Shown here: positions 1-8,633 of the stretch, in pieces
How the letters are laid out: each line of letters starts with the position of its first letter
How positions within the stretch are numbered: the first letter of the stretch is position 1
DNA from: Actinomycetaceae bacterium
Lineage (GTDB): Bacteria; Actinomycetota; Actinomycetes; Actinomycetales; Actinomycetaceae
Length of the DNA: 64,000 nt
Direction: 5' to 3'
Assembly: GCA_030532515.1 (NCBI GenBank)
Contig: JAUNKY010000003.1
Coordinates: forward strand, 28,147 to 92,146
The notes under the pieces: generated by a model
Databases searched by the model: none
The model's input: the letters and a program-made list of their open reading frames with translations, nothing else
Told to the model about the DNA's origin: nothing
Program-made: the position numbers and the translations under genes

Positions 1-8
1 ACCGCCTG

Positions 9-992
9 GTGACTATGCGCGACGGAAGCGGCAACGTCTATATTCGCGACGTTGAAATTGAGAAGATGAACTCGAACGAGTGGAAAGTTAGTGGCCTTTT
101 CGTAGAAAGAGAACGCCGCAACGCCCTGGGCTTCCGCCGCGCCGGGGAAACCCTCAAAGTTAAAGTCGCCGATGTTTCTAATATTTCCGTGCAGTTGGGT
201 ACCCAAGATGCCACTTCCCTAATCGCTAACACGGAAGAAATGAAACCCGCGGACTTAGCAGACTACCTGCACAACCTGCCTGATGACCGTATGTTAGAAG
301 TTGCTAGCCAGTTAGCTGACGAACGTCTGGCAGACGTGTTGGAAGAACTTGGGGAAACCCACTCTGTGTCGATTTTGGAGTCTTTGGAAAATACCCGTGC
401 GGCAGACGTTTTGGAACTGATGCAACCAGACGACGCAGCTGACTTGATCGGTGAGATGCAGCCTGAAACTGCTGACGAGCTGCTCAGCCTGATGGAAAAA
501 GAAGAAGCCGCTGACGTGCGTCGTTTGATGAGCTACGAAGATTACTCTGCCGGTGGTTTGATGACTACTGAACCAGTAATTCTTGGCCCCGACGACACGG
601 TAGCGCAACTATTAGCTTCCGTACGTAGAGAAGATATTCCGCCGGCTTTGGCCGCCATGACTTTTATCGTGCGTCCACCCCACCAGACCCCTACCGGACG
701 TCTAATTGGGGTTGTCCACACGCAGCGGGCTCTGCGCGAACCACCGCAGACTCTACTTGGTTCCATTGTCGATACTGACGTTGAAGAAGTCACTCCGGAA
801 ATGTCGATTGCGACGGTAACCCGTCTGCTGGCGACCTATAACCTCACGGCCCTGCCGGTAGTGAACGAAGACGAATGTCTGCTTGGCGCCGTTTCGGTGG
901 ACGACGTTTTGGACCACTTGCTGCCTGATGACTGGCGTGATCAGGCTGATGAAGTAACTGACGCAGAGATGGAGGAACGCTACGATGTCTGA
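9..992 (+). CDS. MgtE-N domain plus CBS-pair protein (soluble, no transporter TM domain); N-terminus may lie upstream of window
   Basis: Acidic helical MgtE_N-like repeats (LADVLEEL.., AADVLELM.., AADLIGEM..) followed by a CBS pair (GGLMTTEPVILGPDD...; LTALPVVNEDECLLGAVSVDDVL). Stop codon overlaps the start of the next gene (ATGTCTGA). Confidence 0.7.
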   Translation: MTMRDGSGNVYIRDVEIEKMNSNEWKVSGLFVERERRNALGFRRAGETLKVKVADVSNISVQLGTQDATSLIANTEEMKPADLADYLHNLPDDRMLEVASQLADERLADVLEELGETHSVSILESLENTRAADVLELMQPDDAADLIGEMQPETADELLSLMEKEEAADVRRLMSYEDYSAGGLMTTEPVILGPDDTVAQLLASVRREDIPPALAAMTFIVRPPHQTPTGRLIGVVHTQRALREPPQTLLGSIVDTDVEEVTPEMSIATVTRLLATYNLTALPVVNEDECLLGAVSVDDVLDHLLPDDWRDQADEVTDAEMEERYDV

Positions 993-1536
993 GCGCCATG
1001 ACTCCCTGAAATCTCGCGATCGGATTGATACTCCTAAAGATCGGCGCCGCAAGTGGATTCCCCGCATTAACTTGGAATCTGAAGGCGTGGGTATTGCGGC
1101 TGAAAAAATTGCGCGTTTTTCCGGTACCCCGCAGTTTTTGGTTTACCTGTCGTTATTCGTCGCCTTTTGGCTGCTTTGGAATACTTACGCTCCTTCACAG
1201 CTACAGTTCGATAAGGCAGAGCTGGGCTTTACCGTACTGACTCTGATGTTGTCTTTGCAGGCGTCCTATGCGGCTCCACTAATCTTGCTGGCACAAAACC
1301 GCCAAGATGACCGTGACCGCGTAACCGCAGAACAAGACCGCAAACGCGCTGAACGCAATCTCTCTGACACTGAGTATCTTTTGCGTGAGATTGCCAGCTT
1401 GCGTCTGTCTATTTCTGAAGTAGCTACTCGCGACTTCGTTCGTTCTGAGCTGCGCAGTGAACTGCGGGCCCTATTAGAAGAGATTCAGGCAGCGCAAGAG
1501 CCCGCGGCAGAAGATTCGGAAGATTCCCCGCGCTAG
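985..1536 (+). CDS. DUF1003 family membrane protein
   Basis: Two predicted TM helices (FLVYLSLFVAFWLLW; FTVLTLMLSLQASYAAPLILLAQN) followed by a charged coiled-coil tail, typical of DUF1003. Translationally coupled to the upstream CBS protein. Confidence 0.65.
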   Translation: MSERHDSLKSRDRIDTPKDRRRKWIPRINLESEGVGIAAEKIARFSGTPQFLVYLSLFVAFWLLWNTYAPSQLQFDKAELGFTVLTLMLSLQASYAAPLILLAQNRQDDRDRVTAEQDRKRAERNLSDTEYLLREIASLRLSISEVATRDFVRSELRSELRALLEEIQAAQEPAAEDSEDSPR

Positions 1537-1569
1537 GGCGTTACGCGAAACTGTATTTTAAATACAAAA

Positions 1570-1606
1570 GATCCCCGGGCAGCGAGTCGCTGCGCGGGGA
1601 TCTTTT
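1570..1606. terminator. bidirectional rho-independent terminator between convergent genes
   Basis: 15-bp stem GATCCCCGGGCAGCG/CGCTGCGCGGGGATC with one mismatch and a 3-nt loop, flanked by AAAA upstream and TTTT downstream. Confidence 0.6.
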
Positions 1607-1638
1607 AGCTGTCACTATTTGAAAGCTTCTCACGGAGC

Positions 1639-3627
1639 TTATTTGTTGAATGATTCCATGGCTTCGCGGACTACCTTTGCGAAGATGTCACCCCCGGCTG
1701 GTCCTGGGTGGATAAAGTCAGAAGCTAAGTAGTCGGTGTGACCTGAAATCGCCTGCGACCAGTCAGCGATTCGCACGCGGCTGGGGTTCTTTGCAGCGAA
1801 CTCTTGAATATTTCGGTTAGATTGTGCGATCCAGGCGATCCGGTCAGGACCAAAGCCGTTAACCAAAATCAAACGGCGTTCGCGGCCAATCTGATTCAAA
1901 ATCGTTTCCAGCTGTTCTGGGGTAGCCTCAGAGTTGGTTGCTAAAGCAACTACCACATAGGGCTTCAAGCGTCCCTGTGCTTCTGCTTGGTATATGATGT
2001 CCGAAGCCTGGTACATGTGGCGTGATACGGCCGCGTCTACAATGATGCCCGGGAATGCGGTTTCTAAAGATGGTGTCGAAGCTACGGTAACTGAGTCTCC
2101 CAGTACGTAAATGTTTTCTCCGATAATCTCGATTGGTTCCAGTTCCTGCCACTGTGGCAGCGGAATGTAAACCGGCGGCTTAGCGTCTTCTCTAAGCAGT
2201 GTGAAAGGCTTAGTTGCTTGCTTATTTTGCTGTCCGGCTTCAACTACGCGCTGGGCGGAAGATTTTTCTGGGGCTGAGAGCAATAATCCCATTACCGAGC
2301 CGGCAATCACGATCATTGCCAAAGCCGGAGCCAGAGCTTTCCAGAAGCTAAAAGGCTTCCCCTGGTAGGCTTCTTTACCGCCGGGAGTGACCAGGGCTGC
2401 GGGGTCGCCCAACCAGCGGCGGATGGTAGTTCCAATCCCGTGGCGTCGCATTGGTTCTTCAACCAGAGTGTAGGAAATGGCAGCAATGACGATAGACAGT
2501 ACCAGTACAATGGCTCCCACCAGGTAGGCTCCCAGACGGGGGAACTGCGTCACCATAATGACCCAAATGGGCCAGTGCCATAGGTAGATGCCGTAGGAGC
2601 GTTCTCCCAGCCAGCGTAGCGGTGCTAAAGAAAGTATCGATGCCAGTAGTTTTCCAGGGGCGGAAGCCGCATCAACTTCGGGTAGGAATCCTTGGATTAC
2701 CGCCAGCGTTGCTGCCACTGAGATAAGCGTACCTGCGGGGTAAACCCAGGGCTGGTTGTCGGGGATGAAATAGAATCCGGCAATCATTACGCCCAGCCCC
2801 ACCCAGGCTAAAGTACCACGTAGCCAGCGGCTGATGGTGCCCGCCGGGGCTTGTTCAACCAGTGGCCCCTTGGCCATGAAGGCTAAAGTGGCGCCGAACA
2901 TGAGGCCAAAAGCGTGTGAGTCAGTGCCTTGGTAGGCGCGGGTGTAGTCGGTGGCGTCGGAAATGTAATAGGCCATTAAACCGGCGGAAATCAGCGCCAG
3001 CAGGAATGGAATTCCCCATTGGAAACGCCGGTTTAAACGCATAATTAGTAGCGTGATCAAGGGCCAGATTAGATAGAACTGCTGTTCAACAGCTAAAGAC
3101 CAGACGTTCGTCCACAGGTGGGGGCTGGCGGCATCAAAGTAAGAGGCGCCTTGGTAGATTTCTACCCAGTTGTATGAGAAGGTCACTACGCCCAGGAACT
3201 GCGGCACTATGCCTGCCAGCAGGTCCATATTCATCAGACCGGCTACGATAATGGTCACAATTGCCATTAGGAAAGCTGCTGGGAATAGGCGGCGCACGCG
3301 CCGTACCCAGAAGCGCTTGAGGCTAACTTTGCCGTGGCGGCTCTGTTCGGAAAGTAACAGTGAGGTGATTAGGAAACCGGACAGGACGAAGAATACGTCT
3401 ACTCCCAGAAAACCACCGTCTGCCCAGCCGGGGAAAAGGTGGTAGGCCAACACTGCTAACGCTGCTAAAGCACGGAGCCCGTCAAGCCCGCGGATGGGGC
3501 GCAGGGCGGCTGGTTTTCCTTCATTGCTGGGTTCGGGTTGGGAAGTTCCAGTTGCACGTAGGGCTGCTCTTTTGGGGATAGCAGTGAAGTGCGCCGGGGA
3601 GGTGTTTGGCGGCGGTGGAATAGCCAC
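1639..3627 (-). CDS. Membrane O-acyltransferase (acyltransferase-3 family) fused to a C-terminal SGNH hydrolase domain, OatA-like
   Basis: N-terminal multi-TM region with the LDGLRALAALAVLAYH motif; C-terminal VLGDSVT (GDS) SGNH-type esterase block. Confidence 0.8.
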   Translation of the reverse strand: MAIPPPPNTSPAHFTAIPKRAALRATGTSQPEPSNEGKPAALRPIRGLDGLRALAALAVLAYHLFPGWADGGFLGVDVFFVLSGFLITSLLLSEQSRHGKVSLKRFWVRRVRRLFPAAFLMAIVTIIVAGLMNMDLLAGIVPQFLGVVTFSYNWVEIYQGASYFDAASPHLWTNVWSLAVEQQFYLIWPLITLLIMRLNRRFQWGIPFLLALISAGLMAYYISDATDYTRAYQGTDSHAFGLMFGATLAFMAKGPLVEQAPAGTISRWLRGTLAWVGLGVMIAGFYFIPDNQPWVYPAGTLISVAATLAVIQGFLPEVDAASAPGKLLASILSLAPLRWLGERSYGIYLWHWPIWVIMVTQFPRLGAYLVGAIVLVLSIVIAAISYTLVEEPMRRHGIGTTIRRWLGDPAALVTPGGKEAYQGKPFSFWKALAPALAMIVIAGSVMGLLLSAPEKSSAQRVVEAGQQNKQATKPFTLLREDAKPPVYIPLPQWQELEPIEIIGENIYVLGDSVTVASTPSLETAFPGIIVDAAVSRHMYQASDIIYQAEAQGRLKPYVVVALATNSEATPEQLETILNQIGRERRLILVNGFGPDRIAWIAQSNRNIQEFAAKNPSRVRIADWSQAISGHTDYLASDFIHPGPAGGDIFAKVVREAMESFNK

Positions 3628-3727
3628 TAGGTCTTCCTTTGAATTTCATCAGTTACTTATAGACACTCTACTTTCAAGATTACCCCGAACGAGCGCGAAC
3701 CCAGCATGACAGTCTACGATAGTAGGT

Positions 3728-4846
3728 ATGAGTATCATCACCGAAGAAAATGTTTGGGCGGCTCTGGCAACTGTTGAAGACCCAGAAATCCACCGTCCGA
3801 TTACCGACCTGAATATGGTCGCGAAAGTAGAAATCCACGATTCCCTAGTTGAAGTTGAAATTCTGCTGACTACCGCCGGGTGTCCGCTGAAGAACCACAT
3901 CAAGTCTGCGGTTGAGGCTGCGTTGCGCCAGGTTGAGGGCGTGGAGCAAGTTTCGATCATTATGGGGGCGATGAATGATGAGCAGAAGAAGGCTCTACGG
4001 GAAAAGCTCAATGGCGGGATTGCAGAGAAAGAAATTCCGTTTGCTAAGCCTGGTTCGCTGACTCGGGTAATCGCAGTTACTTCCGGCAAGGGCGGGGTTG
4101 GTAAGTCTTCGATGACTGCTAACTTGGCTTGTGCTTTAGCTAAGCAGGGGTTGAAAGTTGGCGTAGTTGACGCGGACATTTACGGCTTCTCAATTCCGCG
4201 CATAATGGGTGTGGAACATGAGCCAACTGTTTTGGATGGGATGATTATTCCTCCGGTTGCTCATGGCGTGAAGGTTATGTCGATTGGCATGTTCGTTCCC
4301 GAAGGGCAGGCGGTAGTTTGGCGTGGCCCAATGCTACACCGGGCGATTCAGCAGTTCTTGGCTGACGTTTTCTGGGGCGATTTAGATGTTTTGTTGCTGG
4401 ACTTGCCACCTGGCACGGGCGATGTGGCAATTTCGATTCCGCAGTTGCTTCCGTCTGCAGAGATTTTGGTTATCACTACCCCGCAGTTGGCGGCTGCAGA
4501 GGTTGCGGAACGAGCTGGTTCCATTTCCGGGCAGACGCGCCAGCGGGTAATCGGCGTAGTGGAGAATATGTCTTACCTGCCACAGCCGGACGGGTCGCAG
4601 TTGCGTATCTTTGGCGAGGGTGGCGGCCAGTTGGTAGCTTCCCGACTTTCAGAGCAGCTTGGTTACCAGGTACCGCTTTTGGCGCAGGTTCCGTTGGATA
4701 TGCAATTGCGCGAGGGCGGCGATGCCGGCTTACCAGTGGCGTTGCAGGACTCTGCTGCTTCAGAGGTTATTAATGCTTTGGCAGCTGAGCTTTCTAAGCA
4801 CTCACGCGGTTTAGCCGGGCGCCAGCTGGGGGTAACTCCAAAGTAG
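3728..4846 (+). CDS. apbC: Mrp/ApbC family Fe-S cluster carrier ATPase with an N-terminal DUF59/MIP18 domain
   Basis: P-loop TSGKGGVGKSS and a deviant Walker A ATPase body; N-terminal DUF59 (EDPEIHRPITDLNMV). Conserved mrp-tatB neighbourhood of actinobacteria. Confidence 0.85.
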   Translation: MSIITEENVWAALATVEDPEIHRPITDLNMVAKVEIHDSLVEVEILLTTAGCPLKNHIKSAVEAALRQVEGVEQVSIIMGAMNDEQKKALREKLNGGIAEKEIPFAKPGSLTRVIAVTSGKGGVGKSSMTANLACALAKQGLKVGVVDADIYGFSIPRIMGVEHEPTVLDGMIIPPVAHGVKVMSIGMFVPEGQAVVWRGPMLHRAIQQFLADVFWGDLDVLLLDLPPGTGDVAISIPQLLPSAEILVITTPQLAAAEVAERAGSISGQTRQRVIGVVENMSYLPQPDGSQLRIFGEGGGQLVASRLSEQLGYQVPLLAQVPLDMQLREGGDAGLPVALQDSAASEVINALAAELSKHSRGLAGRQLGVTPK

Positions 4847-4868
4847 GGGCAGTTTAGAAACTGACGTA

Positions 4869-4915
4869 AACCTGGCTTTTCACTGCTTTTGCAGCGAAAA
4901 GCCAGGTTTTTGTCT
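4869..4915 (+). terminator. rho-independent terminator after the mrp gene
   Basis: 13-bp stem AACCTGGCTTTTC/GAAAAGCCAGGTT followed by TTTTGTC. Confidence 0.55.
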
Positions 4916-5003
4916 ACTGGGTGCGTGGTGATCTTTGCTAGGTGTGTGGAACTTTCTACCCTGGTTGGCTGTTCTGGTAGCTACCCCAAGGGGTAAAATC
5001 CGA

Positions 5004-5160
5004 AACTCGTATCAAAATCTGATTTTGATACGACTTATCCTCATTTTCATCTTAAATACGACGATAACTCGTATCAGATTTTGATTTTGATACGAATTAT
5101 CCTCATTTTTGCCCTAAATACGACGATAACTCGTATCAGATTTTGATTTAGATACGAGTT
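5004..5160. repeat. Family A tandem palindromic repeat array, locus 1 (about 2.5 units, 62-bp period)
   Basis: Units of AACTCGTATCA-N11-TGATACGAGTT (33-bp near-perfect palindrome), each followed by a conserved 29-bp linker ATCCTCATTTT...ACGACGAT. Confidence 0.85.
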
Positions 5161-5248
5161 TAAAATTTCAGCTATCGTTTGCGCTCCGGCATCTTCATTC
5201 CGCACAGCTTCATCATTTGTTCTGCACTGGCACCATGGGCCACAAACA

Positions 5249-5288
5249 CTGCTGAGGGGGACCCACTTGGATCCCCCTCAGCAGTTTG
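5249..5288 (-). terminator. hairpin downstream of the YbjN gene pair (putative terminator)
   Basis: Perfect 13-bp stem CTGCTGAGGGGGA/TCCCCCTCAGCAG; flanking T-tract is weak. Confidence 0.4.
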
Positions 5289-5312
5289 ACTAACAACTAA
5301 GCCGACGTGAGT

Positions 5313-5867
5313 TTATTCCTCTTCTTCTAAAGAAATACCCAGTTCGCCGTAGGCTCCCTTGATAGCTTCCAAAGAGGTAGCGATCGCGCAGTGAATTTGC
5401 AGTGCTAGCTGCTTGTCGGTGCAACCTGGTTCGAAGTCAACTGAGTGTTCGCAGCACACGCGCAAAGCGGTGTCAGCGTCTACGCGGCGCGTGTACACCT
5501 TTGGGAAGTAGTGTTCACGGTGCCAGTTCTCAACGAAAGCGTCCAGCTGGTCTTCAGCGTCAAGCGGAATATCGACGGGGCTTTGGGAGAATACAGTGAG
5601 GATTTCACCGTCCTCGCCATTGAAGTTGAACAGGAAAGGAATCCCATCCCACCCGGATTCAATCTTGGCGCGGTAGCCTTCTTCTGGATCAGCGTCGATA
5701 ACGCCGTACTTGAAGCCTTCACTGTCCATGTAGGCAGTGACGCGTTCCAACGTAAGTGGGGACAGTTGTCCGGCTACTGCTGGAGCTGGTTGGAAACGGT
5801 CGCCAGCGTTTGGCTGTGGTTCTTGTTCTTCGCCCTCAGAGCCGAATAGTTTTGAAAATACACCCAT
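5313..5867 (-). CDS. YbjN-domain protein (putative sensory-transduction regulator / T3SS-chaperone-like fold)
   Basis: 184-aa acidic cytoplasmic protein; paralog of the adjacent gene (shared EGFKY...D.DGD... core). Confidence 0.55.
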   Translation of the reverse strand: MGVFSKLFGSEGEEQEPQPNAGDRFQPAPAVAGQLSPLTLERVTAYMDSEGFKYGVIDADPEEGYRAKIESGWDGIPFLFNFNGEDGEILTVFSQSPVDIPLDAEDQLDAFVENWHREHYFPKVYTRRVDADTALRVCCEHSVDFEPGCTDKQLALQIHCAIATSLEAIKGAYGELGISLEEEE

Positions 5868-5880
5868 TTTTATCTTTTCC

Positions 5881-6312
5881 TCACGCGTCTAGGGCTGCTT
5901 CTAGTTCTTCATAGAACTGGCGGCTGGTGGTTACGGCACACTGGAGCTGCATCTTCAGCTGGGAATCAGCAACACCGTGTTCCCAGTCGTAGGTCAGCTG
6001 CGTGTGTACGGTGATGAGACCTTCGTCAGAAATGCGGTAGAAGCAGGTTGGGAAGATCTTCTCAGCATTGAAGGACTTGATGGTGGCACGAATCGTGTCC
6101 AAGTCTTTCATGGAAACGACGCGGCGCCAGCGGCTCATTACGTGCAGCAGTTCCTGCTGTTCACCAACTAGGATGAAGTGGAAGGTGTTGAAGTCCCAAA
6201 AGCCTCCCAGGTCGCCGTCATTGTCTTGGTAGTATTTGAAGCCCTCATCTTCAAAGAGCTGCATGAGACGCTCTTTAGACAGTGGGTACACTAAGTCTTT
6301 GTCCTTAGCCAT
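5881..6312 (-). CDS. YbjN-domain protein, tandem paralog
   Basis: 143 aa; FEDEGFKYYQDNDGD aligns with DSEGFKYGVIDADPE of the neighbouring gene. Confidence 0.55.
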   Translation of the reverse strand: MAKDKDLVYPLSKERLMQLFEDEGFKYYQDNDGDLGGFWDFNTFHFILVGEQQELLHVMSRWRRVVSMKDLDTIRATIKSFNAEKIFPTCFYRISDEGLITVHTQLTYDWEHGVADSQLKMQLQCAVTTSRQFYEELEAALDA

Positions 6313-6315
6313 AAC

Positions 6316-6951
6316 TTAGTTCCTTCCTTTTTGCTTACTTTGCTTAAGTCGTTTACTTATAGCTCTGCGAGATGGGCCGGCTGCGGGGCGCACTACTGGT
6401 TGGATCCGGTAGATTCCACCATACCGAGGCATATCAATTTTCTTTCCACGCCCCCGGGAGCCTAAACCGTTTCCGGATTGTTTCCCAGTTGACCCTGCTT
6501 GACCAGTTGCGATACCTGCTGCTTCCAGAGCCTGCGCAACAGCTTGCGCAGAGGCTTCTTCCACTGCTTTGTGGGCGGCTTCCTCAGCTACTCCAATAAT
6601 AGAGTCTCTGACTGACTCAGCGCCACTGGATTCATCTTTTTCCTCACCCAGTTTAGATGAGCCAAATGGGGAAAGTAAGTCCCTCCATTCGTCCATTTCC
6701 TCTTGCACAGCTTCTTTAACTAAGCGACGCGGATCGTATTTACGTGGATCCAGCGCAGCAAAGTCAATATCTGTTAATCCCAAGTCGCCGCTTTCGTTCA
6801 GGTCTGCTTTTAGCTTGGCTAATTGCAGCCGGGCAGCTTTAATCCATTTGGTGATGGAGCGAGCTACGTCAGGCAGGCGTGATGGTCCGATGATGATGGT
6901 TAGAACCAGTAACAACACCAGAAATTCGGGACCAGAAATTGGGAAGGACAT
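6316..6951 (-). CDS. tatB: Twin-arginine translocase subunit TatA/TatB family, probably TatB
   Basis: N-terminal TM helix and amphipathic helix (FPISGPEFLVLLLVLTIIIGPSRLPDV), then a long low-complexity tail. Mycobacterium-like position next to mrp. Confidence 0.7.
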   Translation of the reverse strand: MSFPISGPEFLVLLLVLTIIIGPSRLPDVARSITKWIKAARLQLAKLKADLNESGDLGLTDIDFAALDPRKYDPRRLVKEAVQEEMDEWRDLLSPFGSSKLGEEKDESSGAESVRDSIIGVAEEAAHKAVEEASAQAVAQALEAAGIATGQAGSTGKQSGNGLGSRGRGKKIDMPRYGGIYRIQPVVRPAAGPSRRAISKRLKQSKQKGRN

Positions 6952-7044
6952 ACTTACATTGTACGTGCCAGCCCTGACACAATTAAAAGCGGAAAGCGAT
7001 AAACTATAAGAAAATCCCTAAAACCGCTAGGAAAGACCCTACTT

Positions 7045-7677
7045 ATGAGCAACGACAAAACCCTCAGCTGGTCCTATTGTGAAGATTTCGTACCTGAAGG
7101 CGAGGTTTTAGAAACCGCCCGCCAGCATGCGCGCGACGGAGCAATTGGCACCATTTCTCCGGGTGTTGGAGCTGCGTTACGTATGATTGTTGCTTCCTGC
7201 GGAGCGAAAGCAGTTGCCGAAATTGGTACGGGAACCGGGGTTTCAGGACTTTGGTTGCTTTCTGGGATGAGTTCTGATGCAGTGCTCACCACGATTGATA
7301 AAGACGTGGAAAATCATCGGATTGCTAAAACAGCTTTTGCGGCGGCGGGAATGCGCCCTCCGCGGACACGCATTATCACTAGCTTAGCGATTGACGTTTT
7401 ACCGCGGATGGCTACGCGAGCTTATGACCTGGTGTTTATTGATGCCGATATTGCCTACTACCAGGCTTACGTTAAGGAAGCTACCCGCATGCTGCGTCGT
7501 GGCGGGGTTTTAGCCATTGCTCATGCGCTTTGGAATGATACGGTAGCTGACCCGGCTCGTCGGGAATCCGAAACTGTGATGATGCGTCAGCTGGGTAAGG
7601 AACTGGCTGAATCAGAAGATTTCATGACCACGATCTTGCCTGTGGGCGATGGTTTGCTAGTGGCTGTGCGCCGCTAG
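7045..7677 (+). CDS. Class I SAM-dependent O-methyltransferase (family 3, Rv1220c-like)
   Basis: SAM motif EIGTGTGVSGLWLL and VFIDADIAYY block. Conserved neighbour of tatB/sigE loci in actinobacteria. Confidence 0.75.
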   Translation: MSNDKTLSWSYCEDFVPEGEVLETARQHARDGAIGTISPGVGAALRMIVASCGAKAVAEIGTGTGVSGLWLLSGMSSDAVLTTIDKDVENHRIAKTAFAAAGMRPPRTRIITSLAIDVLPRMATRAYDLVFIDADIAYYQAYVKEATRMLRRGGVLAIAHALWNDTVADPARRESETVMMRQLGKELAESEDFMTTILPVGDGLLVAVRR

Positions 7678-7752
7678 AATATTGTGGCTAACTAGCTTTG
7701 CATAGGGATAAAAAATCGTTATTTCAGCTCAAAGAGAGTACAATAGTTAGCT

Positions 7753-8571
7753 ATGAACCACGACGATAACTTGGATGTAAATCCATTTGATTTGGCGGCA
7801 GAAGCTGCCGCTGTTATTCGTGATCGCTCGGGGATTGAGCGCCACGATATTGCCCTGGTATTAGGTTCCGGTTGGGGTGGGGCTGCTGAGCTGATTGGCG
7901 AAGTAGTTTCTGAAATCCCAGCTTCCGAGATTCCTGGTTTCCACGCTCCAGCTGTAGCTGGACACGGGGCAACTTTGCGTTCTATTCGCCTGGCTAACGG
8001 GAAGATTGCTCTGGTATTGGGCTCTCGCACTCACTTTTACGAAGGTAAGGGTGTGCGCGCGGTGGCTCACGGGATGCGCACTGCTGCCGCCTGTGGGGTT
8101 AAAACCGTTGTCCTCACTAATGGCTGTGGTGGCTTGAACCCTGCTTGGGCTCCAGGTCAGCCGGTGCTGATTAGCGACCACATTAACCTAACGGCTGCTT
8201 CCCCACTGGAAGGAGCTACTTTCGTAGACCTTACCGATCTTTATTCTGCGCGTCTGCGTGATTTAGCTCGGACTGTTGACCCAACCTTGCCAGAAGGCGT
8301 TTACGCACAGTTCCGCGGACCTCACTATGAGACCCCTGCAGAAGTGAAGATGGCAAAGATCCTCGGCGCCGATTTAGTTGGTATGTCCACTACCTTGGAA
8401 GCTATTGCGGCCCGTGAAGCTGGTATGGAGATCCTAGGTATTTCTTTGATGACGAACCTAGCTGCTGGTATCTCTGAGAACCCTCTTTCCCACGAGGAAG
8501 TAATTGAGGCAGGTCAGAATGCTGGTCCACGTATCTCTAAGCTGCTGGCTGAGATCATTGCAAAACTGTAA
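7753..8571 (+). CDS. punA: Purine nucleoside phosphorylase (PNP family I, inosine/guanosine type)
   Basis: PNP_UDP_1 fold motifs (LVLGSGWGG...; HYETPAEVKMAKILGADLVGMSTTLEAIAAREAG). Followed by hairpin AAGGACTTT/AAAGTCCTT. Confidence 0.85.
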   Translation: MNHDDNLDVNPFDLAAEAAAVIRDRSGIERHDIALVLGSGWGGAAELIGEVVSEIPASEIPGFHAPAVAGHGATLRSIRLANGKIALVLGSRTHFYEGKGVRAVAHGMRTAAACGVKTVVLTNGCGGLNPAWAPGQPVLISDHINLTAASPLEGATFVDLTDLYSARLRDLARTVDPTLPEGVYAQFRGPHYETPAEVKMAKILGADLVGMSTTLEAIAAREAGMEILGISLMTNLAAGISENPLSHEEVIEAGQNAGPRISKLLAEIIAKL

Positions 8572-8633
8572 TTAGTAGTGAAGGACTTTCCTCTGCGGGG
8601 GTAAAGTCCTTTGCTTATTTGGAAGGAAATTCT

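Noticed and set aside
5004-5160. CRISPR array interpretation of the Family A arrays (regular 33-bp repeats with ~29-bp intervening segments)
   Set aside because: Intervening segments are conserved between units and between loci, while the repeat centres vary. This is the opposite of CRISPR. Only 2.5-3 units per locus. No cas genes in the window.
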